Both the position numbers and the translations under genes were made by a program. The notes beneath the pieces are model-generated. The model saw nothing but the letters and a program-made list of their open reading frames with translations. It was not told where the DNA came from and ran no database searches. A stretch of 63,350 nt of DNA, the filler included, from Reclinomonas americana ATCC 50394 (taxonomy: Eukaryota), in assembly GCA_048213135.1 (NCBI GenBank). It is 23 parts of 23 records of this genome, joined end to end, with 100 filler letters (N's around TTAATTAATTAA, not from the genome) between each part and the next. Parts side by side here need not be neighbours in the genome. Positions count along the whole stretch, not along the records: positions 56,126 to 59,240 come from AFZH01022885.1; positions 59,341 to 61,744 come from AFZH01022886.1; positions 61,845 to 63,350 come from AFZH01022887.1; 20 more parts are not named here. The stretch is one strand, 5' to 3'. How positions within the stretch are numbered: position 1 is the stretch's first letter; each line of letters starts with the position of its first letter. Shown here piece after piece: positions 57,704 to 63,350 of the stretch.

Positions 57704-57721
57704 GTGACAGTTTTATGTCAC
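57704..57721. promoter_or_regulatory. Pho-box-like site
   Basis: The minus strand reads GTGACATAAAACTGTCAC, close to the CTGTCAT-A4-CTGTCAC consensus. It sits in an 8-bp inverted repeat upstream of phnD. Confidence 0.65.
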
Positions 57722-57768
57722 ATACTCTAGCCGGCTTACAACAACATCGCCCGGGAGAAACGCCGCAA

Positions 57769-58815
57769 ATGACCAAGCTTCTGACTTGCCTGTCCGCCAC
57801 GACCTCGCTGCTCTTCAGCCTCGGGCTCGCCGGTCCGGCACAGGCGCAGGACGCCTGCCCCAATCGCGGCCAGCTCGACACGATGTATTGCGACGCCAAC
57901 AAGGATCTGGTCGCCGACGTGCCGACCGATCCGTCGAAGCTGAAGGACCCGTCGGCGCTGGTCTGGGCTTACACCCCGGTCGAGGACCCCGCCGTCTATG
58001 CCAACATCTTCAAGCCGCTGACCGACCATCTCGCCGCCTGCACCGGCAAGCGCATTGTCTATTACCCCGTCCAGTCGAACTCGGCCGAGATCGAGGCGAT
58101 GCGCTCCGGCCGCCTGCATTTCGCCGGCTTCTCGACCGGCCCGACCGGCTTTGCCGTCAACCTCGCCGGCGCAATTCCCTTCGCGGCCAAGGGCTCGGCG
58201 GAGGGCGTGCGCGGCTACAACCTCGTCGCCGTGGTCAAGGCCTCCAGCCCCTATCAGAAGCTGTCGGACCTCAAGGACAAGAAGGTCGCCCACACCTCGC
58301 CCTCCTCCAATTCCGGCAATCTCGCCCCGCGCGTGCTCTTCCCCGAGCATGGGCTCGAGGCCGACAAGGACTACAAGCCACTGATGTCGGGCGGCCACGA
58401 CAAGTCGATCCTCGGCGTCGTCTCGGGCGACTACGACATGGGCGCCGTCGCCGGCGACGTCTACGAGCGCATGATCGTGCGCGGCACGATCAAGAAGGAC
58501 GACACCCGCGAGATCTATCGCAGCGCGATCTTCCCGACCTCGTCGTTCGCCTATGCGCACGACCTCAAGCCCGAGCTCGCCAAGAAGCTGACCGACTGCT
58601 TCTTCTCCTTCCGCTTCACCCCGGAGATGACCAAGGAGTTCAACGGCGACGATCGCTTCCTGCCGATCACCTACCAGAAGGACTGGGCGATCGTGCGCGA
58701 CGTCGCCGAGAAGTCGGGCACGCCCTACAACAAGTCGGCCTATGACGCGGAGGCCAAGCGCGAGGCGGAAGCTGCCGCGAAGAAGGCGCAGCAGCCCGCG
58801 CCGGCCAAGCCCTGA
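57769..58815 (+). CDS. phnD: Phosphate/phosphite/phosphonate ABC substrate-binding protein
   Basis: [25 protein letters not shown]. First gene of the phnDCE run. Confidence 0.82.
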   Translation: MTKLLTCLSATTSLLFSLGLAGPAQAQDACPNRGQLDTMYCDANKDLVADVPTDPSKLKDPSALVWAYTPVEDPAVYANIFKPLTDHLAACTGKRIVYYPVQSNSAEIEAMRSGRLHFAGFSTGPTGFAVNLAGAIPFAAKGSAEGVRGYNLVAVVKASSPYQKLSDLKDKKVAHTSPSSNSGNLAPRVLFPEHGLEADKDYKPLMSGGHDKSILGVVSGDYDMGAVAGDVYERMIVRGTIKKDDTREIYRSAIFPTSSFAYAHDLKPELAKKLTDCFFSFRFTPEMTKEFNGDDRFLPITYQKDWAIVRDVAEKSGTPYNKSAYDAEAKREAEAAAKKAQQPAPAKP

Positions 58816-58835
58816 CCGAAAGCCTTTCGCAGCCC

Positions 58836-59519
58836 ATGAGCGCCCTTCCCGTCGCAGAGGCGCCCGGCCATGGCCGGGCGCTCGTCATCCGCAACCTCGT
58901 CAAGGAGTACCGCAAGGGCCAGCCGGTCCTGCGCGACATCTCGCTCAGCGTCTCCGAGCCCGGCATCGTCGCGATCATCGGCCCGTCCGGGACGGGCAAG
59001 TCGACGCTGATCCGCTGCATCAACCGGCTGGTCGACCCGACCTCCGGCTCGATCATGCTCGGCGGGACCGACCTGGCGAATCTGCAGGGCGAGCCTCTCA
59101 GGGCGGCGCGGCGCCGCCTCGGCATGGTCTTCCAGGAGTACAACCTGGTGGAGCGGCTGACGGTGATCGAGAACGTGCTCTGCGGCCGGCTCGGCTATGT
59201 CCCGGTCTGGCGCGCCTGGACGCGGCGCTTCCCCGAGGAGNNNNNNNNNNNNNNNNNNNNNNNNNNNNNNNNNNNNNNNNNNNNTTAATTAATTAANNNN
59301 NNNNNNNNNNNNNNNNNNNNNNNNNNNNNNNNNNNNNNNNGTCGGCCGCGAACGCAATATCCGGTGCTGGTCAACATCCACAACGTGGCGCTGGCGCGAC
59401 GCTACGCGTTGCGGATGATCGGCATGTCCAAGGGCCTCGTCATCTATGACGGCCCGCCAGCCGGGCTGCAGGACAGCCATCTCGCCGAGATCTATGGCGG
59501 CGAAGGCTGGATGGAATGA
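58836..59519 (+). CDS. phnC: Phosphonate ABC ATPase, split by a spacer gap
   Basis: [17 protein letters not shown] and ENVLCGRLG lie left of the gap; [13 protein letters not shown] lies right of it. Confidence 0.87.
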
Positions 59520-61147
59520 GCGCCCCTCCCCTCAGCGCCGGCGGCAGCCTGCGCGCCCGCGCCTTCCCGCCGAACTGGCCGCTGCGCCTCGGCGCGGTGC
59601 TGTTCGTCGCTTATGTCATCTACGCCGCCGGCATCGTCGACATCCGCTGGGAGCGCTTCGTCCAGGGCCTCGGCAACGGCGCGCGCTTCCTCGGCCGGAT
59701 GTTCCCGCCGAACCTGGCGCACGACAAGCTGCAGCTGCTCGCGCAGGGCATGCTGGAATCGCTGCAGATCGCCATCATCGCGACCGGCGCCGGCGTGCTC
59801 CTCGCTTTGCCCATCGGCCTCTGCGCCGCGCGCAACCTGATGCCTCTGCCGGTGACGATCCTGGCGCGCGGCTTGATCGCGCTCTGCCGGACCTTCCACC
59901 CGGTCATCGTCGCCATCCTCTTCGTCAAGGCCGTCGGCTTCGGCGCACTCGCCGGCATTCTGGCGCTGATCGTCGCCACCATCGGCTTCATCGCCAAGCT
60001 GATCGCCGAGGCCATCGAAGAAATGTCGATGAAGCCGATCGAGGCTTTGCGCGCCGCCGGCTCGCCCTTCCTCTCGGTGGTGACCATGGGCGTGGTGCCG
60101 CAGGTGCTGCCGCGCTTCATCGGTTTTGCCGCCTACCAGCTCGATTCGAACCTGCGCAATTCCGCCCTGGTCGGCCTCGTTGGCGGCGGCGGCATCGGCG
60201 CCACCCTGTTCACCGCCTTCCAGCGCTTCGACTACGACTTCGTGCTGACCATCATCATCGCGATCATCCTGGCGGTGATGGCCGGCGAGATCCTCTCCGC
60301 CTTCATGCGCCGGGTCTACCAGGACGAGGCGCCGAGCGGCGAGGTCAAGCAAGGCGCCTCCGGCCCGGTCTGGCATCGCTTCACCGCCGCCGAACGCGGC
60401 ATGCGGCTCGCCTTCTGGGCCGTAGCGGCGCTGGCGCTGGGCTGGTCGGTCCAGACCATCGAGGTGATCCCGGAATTCCTCTATGACGCGCCGGCGCAGA
60501 CGGTCGACCTCTTCGCCAGGATGTGGCCGATCGACTGGGCCTATTTCCTCAAGACCGTGCAGCAGGCGCTGATCGAGACGCTGCACACCGCGACGCTCGG
60601 CACGGTGCTGGCGATCCTCATGGCGACGCCGGTCGCGCTGATGTGCGCCCGCAACATCTCGTCCTCGGTCTGGGTCAACACGCTCGGCCGCTTCATCCTG
60701 GTCGCGACCCGCTCGGTGCACACGCTGGTCTGGGCGCTGCTCTTCGTCGCCGTCTTCGGCCCGGGCGCGCTCGCAGGCGTGATGGCGGTGGCGGTGCATT
60801 CGATCGGCTTCACCGGCAAGTTCCTGGCCGAGGCGATCGAGGAAGCCAAGCCCGGCCCGATCGAGGCGCTGCGGGCAGCCGGCGCGCCCTGGCGCTCTGT
60901 GCTCATCAAGGGCTTCTGGCCGCAGGTGAAGCCGGCTTTCCTCGCGGTCAGCCTGTTCCGCTGGGACATCAATGTGCGCGAAAGCGCAGTGCTCGGCCTG
61001 GTCGGCGCCGGCGGCTTGGGCGTCGCCCTGCAGGCGGCGATGGACAATCTCTACTGGGATCAGGTCGGGCTTGTGCTCGTCGTGATCTTCGCGGTGGTGG
61101 TCGTTACCGAGATCGTCACCGCGACGCTGCGCGCCAAGGTGATCTGA
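59516..61147 (+). CDS. phnE: Fused double PhnE permease
   Basis: Two PhnE-type domains ([24 protein letters not shown]). Confidence 0.87.
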   Translation: MSAPPLSAGGSLRARAFPPNWPLRLGAVLFVAYVIYAAGIVDIRWERFVQGLGNGARFLGRMFPPNLAHDKLQLLAQGMLESLQIAIIATGAGVLLALPIGLCAARNLMPLPVTILARGLIALCRTFHPVIVAILFVKAVGFGALAGILALIVATIGFIAKLIAEAIEEMSMKPIEALRAAGSPFLSVVTMGVVPQVLPRFIGFAAYQLDSNLRNSALVGLVGGGGIGATLFTAFQRFDYDFVLTIIIAIILAVMAGEILSAFMRRVYQDEAPSGEVKQGASGPVWHRFTAAERGMRLAFWAVAALALGWSVQTIEVIPEFLYDAPAQTVDLFARMWPIDWAYFLKTVQQALIETLHTATLGTVLAILMATPVALMCARNISSSVWVNTLGRFILVATRSVHTLVWALLFVAVFGPGALAGVMAVAVHSIGFTGKFLAEAIEEAKPGPIEALRAAGAPWRSVLIKGFWPQVKPAFLAVSLFRWDINVRESAVLGLVGAGGLGVALQAAMDNLYWDQVGLVLVVIFAVVVVTEIVTATLRAKVI

Positions 61148-61171
61148 AACGAGAGGCAGGCGCCTCTCGTC

Positions 61172-61744
61172 TCAGTTCCGCAGCAAGGGCAGGAGCTGGT
61201 CGCCCTGCCGCCTGATCTCGGGCAGATAGGGCGTGTCCGACAGGACGAAATGGCTGATGCCGAGGTCACGATATTTGCGCAAGGAACGCGCAACGTCCTC
61301 GGCCGAGCCGACCAGCCAGGTCGTGCCGGCCCCGCCGCCACCGAACTTGCCCGGCGTGGTGTAGAGATTGTCGTCGAGCACCTCGCCGCGGCCCTGCAAG
61401 TCGAACAAACGCTGCTGGCCGACGGCGACACCGCGCCGGTGGTCGTTCCAGCCGCCACCCTTGCCCTGCGCCATCTCGGCGACCTTGGCCTGCGCTTCGG
61501 CCCAGGCCTGTTCCGTGGTGTCGCGGACGAAGGTGGTGACCCGCAGTCCGAATTCGAGCGGCGGCAGGTCGCGGTCGAGATCGCGGCTCAAGGCCTTCAG
61601 CCGCTCGATGCGCTGACGGACATCGTCGAGCGGCTCGCCCCAGAAGAGCTGGACGTCGGCCTCGGTCGCAGCCACCCGCTCGGCCGCATCAGAGGCGCCG
61701 CCGAAATAGAGCCGGGGATGGCGCCGCGCGCCGCGCTGTTCGAT
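61172..61744 (-). CDS. LLM-class flavin-dependent monooxygenase (SsuD-like; 5' truncated)
   Basis: YFGGASDAA, WGEPL, LVGSAEDVA..YRDLGISHFVLSDTP. Confidence 0.85.
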   Translation of the reverse strand: MEQRGARRHPRLYFGGASDAAERVAATEADVQLFWGEPLDDVRQRIERLKALSRDLDRDLPPLEFGLRVTTFVRDTTEQAWAEAQAKVAEMAQGKGGGWNDHRRGVAVGQQRLFDLQGRGEVLDDNLYTTPGKFGGGGAGTTWLVGSAEDVARSLRKYRDLGISHFVLSDTPYLPEIRRQGDQLLPLLRN

Positions 61745-61844
61745 NNNNNNNNNNNNNNNNNNNNNNNNNNNNNNNNNNNNNNNNNNNNTTAATTAATTAA
61801 NNNNNNNNNNNNNNNNNNNNNNNNNNNNNNNNNNNNNNNNNNNN

Positions 61845-63350
61845 CTACTATGCTGCGCGACGGCAGCAGCGAATGCATGGTGAGCTTGACTTTGGCTGCG
61901 TGTGGGACAACTTGTTTCACTGATCAGATGTGCTGATGCATGCGTGCAGAATCGCGAAAGGCCCGGCGAACACTTCTTTCTGTGCTGGCGAATCTCCGCT
62001 CGTCGATGAACGCAGCACAGCCGAAAGTGCGGCGGCGTGCACGCCACAAGGGACGATGTCGCAAACGGAGGCGCGCGAAACCACCCGACATTCACAGCGG
62101 CGGTGGTGCAGGAGGTAGAGGTGGAGGTGGAGGTGGAGATGACCAGGGCAGTGGAAGTGGAAGTGGAAGTGGAGGTGGAGGTGGCGGCGATGCGGAGCCG
62201 GCGGTGGAGGCCGATGCATCTGACAGCGATGAAATGTGCTTTGCGTTTTTTGTCGACGCTAAAGGCAACGTATCGCGGTGTTTGGTGTGTGGATCGCCGC
62301 CTCACCGGTGCGGCGGTAGCCATCGAGCGTGCGACGTGGGTTCAGCGATCTGGAAAGCACTCACACTCTGTGCGTCGGGCGTCGACTATGGTGTGCGGAG
62401 ATTTGCCACAGTGGCTACCATAGGTATGTTGTTCTCATGAGGCAGGGAGGCAAGAGTGGATGTGGGAGTGTGTGCCAGAGTGGTTTCATGCTCTCTTGCG
62501 TGTGTACGTGTATCAGGATTGACTGCATGAATGACGTCCTTTTTCCTCTCTTCATTCCTCTCATCGTTCACTCCTCTCCTCCCCTTTTCTCATTTCATCT
62601 CTCCTTACTCTCTCTCATCTATTAATACGCTTTCTTTCTCTTTCTGTTCTCTTTCTATCTCTCTCATCTCTTCTTCATCTTTCTCTTCTTGTTGCTAACT
62701 CCGCCGCTCATCACTTTTCTCCTCTCCTACTCTCTTCCCTTGCCTTACCTCCGTTCCGTTTCTTCTCATAGCATCGATCATTTCTTCCCTCTTCTCCTCT
62801 CATCTCCCCTCTTCTTCTTCATGCTGTTCTCTCCTCATCTCCTTTCCCCTTGGCCTGTCCCCTCCCTCCCTCCCCCTCCCCGTTCTCCACCATTTCTCAC
62901 GCCATGTCACGCGCACAGGTGCTGGCGTGAACTGGGCCATCGACGAGCATGGAAAGGACTGGGCGGCACGTGTCATTTTTCCGCTACTCCAGCAAAAGTC
63001 CGTGTTGCAGCGGAAGCTTGCGTCGTATGGTCGTATTGTGGACGCGCGTGCACGCAAGTCGATTGAGCAGCGTCTGGCGAACATCACGCGCCGTTTGCGG
63101 GCCGCTGCCTACAACAACGCAGTCTCCTTTGTGCGCAAGTGAGTGCATGAGCACGGTGTGGTGATTGCAAGCGGTGGTGTCTCATTCACTTGTGCTTATC
63201 AACCACGCAGAGCGGCCATTATCAATGCGGTTCTCATTCTGCCACCATTTTCAAAGGAGATGGCGCACATGATGCAGAAACGACAGTGGGTCGACTATCG
63301 CAAAGAGTGGCAGAACAGATGCATTGGACGCGACACTGTGCTCAAGATGC
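61845..63350 (+). CDS. Intron-containing Fanzor2/IS607-TnpB-like RuvC nuclease (truncated at both ends)
   Basis: Exons 61845-61879, 61950-62423, 62919-63138 and 63211-63350 join via GT..AG introns in one open frame. The product contains SGVDYGVRRFATV (RuvC-I), IDEHGKD, LQRKLAS, a basic helix RLANITRRLR, VLILPPF and RCIGRDTVLKM. Confidence 0.7.
62535..62900 (+). repeat. Polypyrimidine (CT-rich) low-complexity tract within intron 62424-62918
   Basis: Almost entirely C/T on the + strand. Confidence 0.85.

Noticed and set aside
15497..61744. Giant bacterial-to-eukaryote horizontal insertion
   Set aside because: Every boundary is an artificial spacer. The genes are intact, intron-less and have bacterial promoters, so co-assembly is the simpler explanation.
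11063..61844. Regularly recurring TTAATTAATTAA units as a CRISPR-like or biological repeat
   Set aside because: Each is embedded in exactly 44+44 Ns and encodes stops in all six frames, so it is an assembly spacer.
62689..63066. 125-aa Leu/Pro/Ser/Phe-rich ORF
   Set aside because: It is a translation of the polypyrimidine intron tract.
61845..63350. omegaRNA, transposon ends or a partner transposase for the Fanzor-like gene
   Set aside because: These would lie beyond the 3' window edge or 5' of the contig start, and nothing in view supports calling them.

Overview
This is a composite assembly window, not one continuous locus. It has 23 contigs joined by 22 identical 100-nt artificial spacers (44 N + TTAATTAATTAA + 44 N, with stops in all six frames). 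Positions 1-15396 and 61845-63350 come from a compact, GC-rich microbial eukaryote with short GT-AG introns. That part encodes a CUSTOS-like protein, a membrane-anchored ankyrin protein, a START-domain protein, a GEX1/KAR5/Brambleberry nuclear-fusion protein, an unknown type II membrane protein, a YeiH-family transporter and an MFS transporter. Positions 15497-61744 are intron-less, high-GC alphaproteobacterial fragments (Hyphomicrobiales, Bosea-like by my impression), most likely a co-cultured or associated bacterium. They carry a type VI secretion cluster, lptGD, vapBC, TRAP and ABC transporters, and a PgtCBA-like sigma54 module next to a Pho-box phnDCE operon. The top finding is in the last contig: an intron-split eukaryotic gene, missed by the six-frame track. 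Its manually spliced product carries the RuvC-I (GVDYGVRRFATV), bridge-helix and ILPPF motifs of Fanzor2/IS607-TnpB RNA-guided nucleases, plus an unusual basic/Gly-rich/Zn-knuckle insert. All assignments come from motif recognition by eye; no searches were run.
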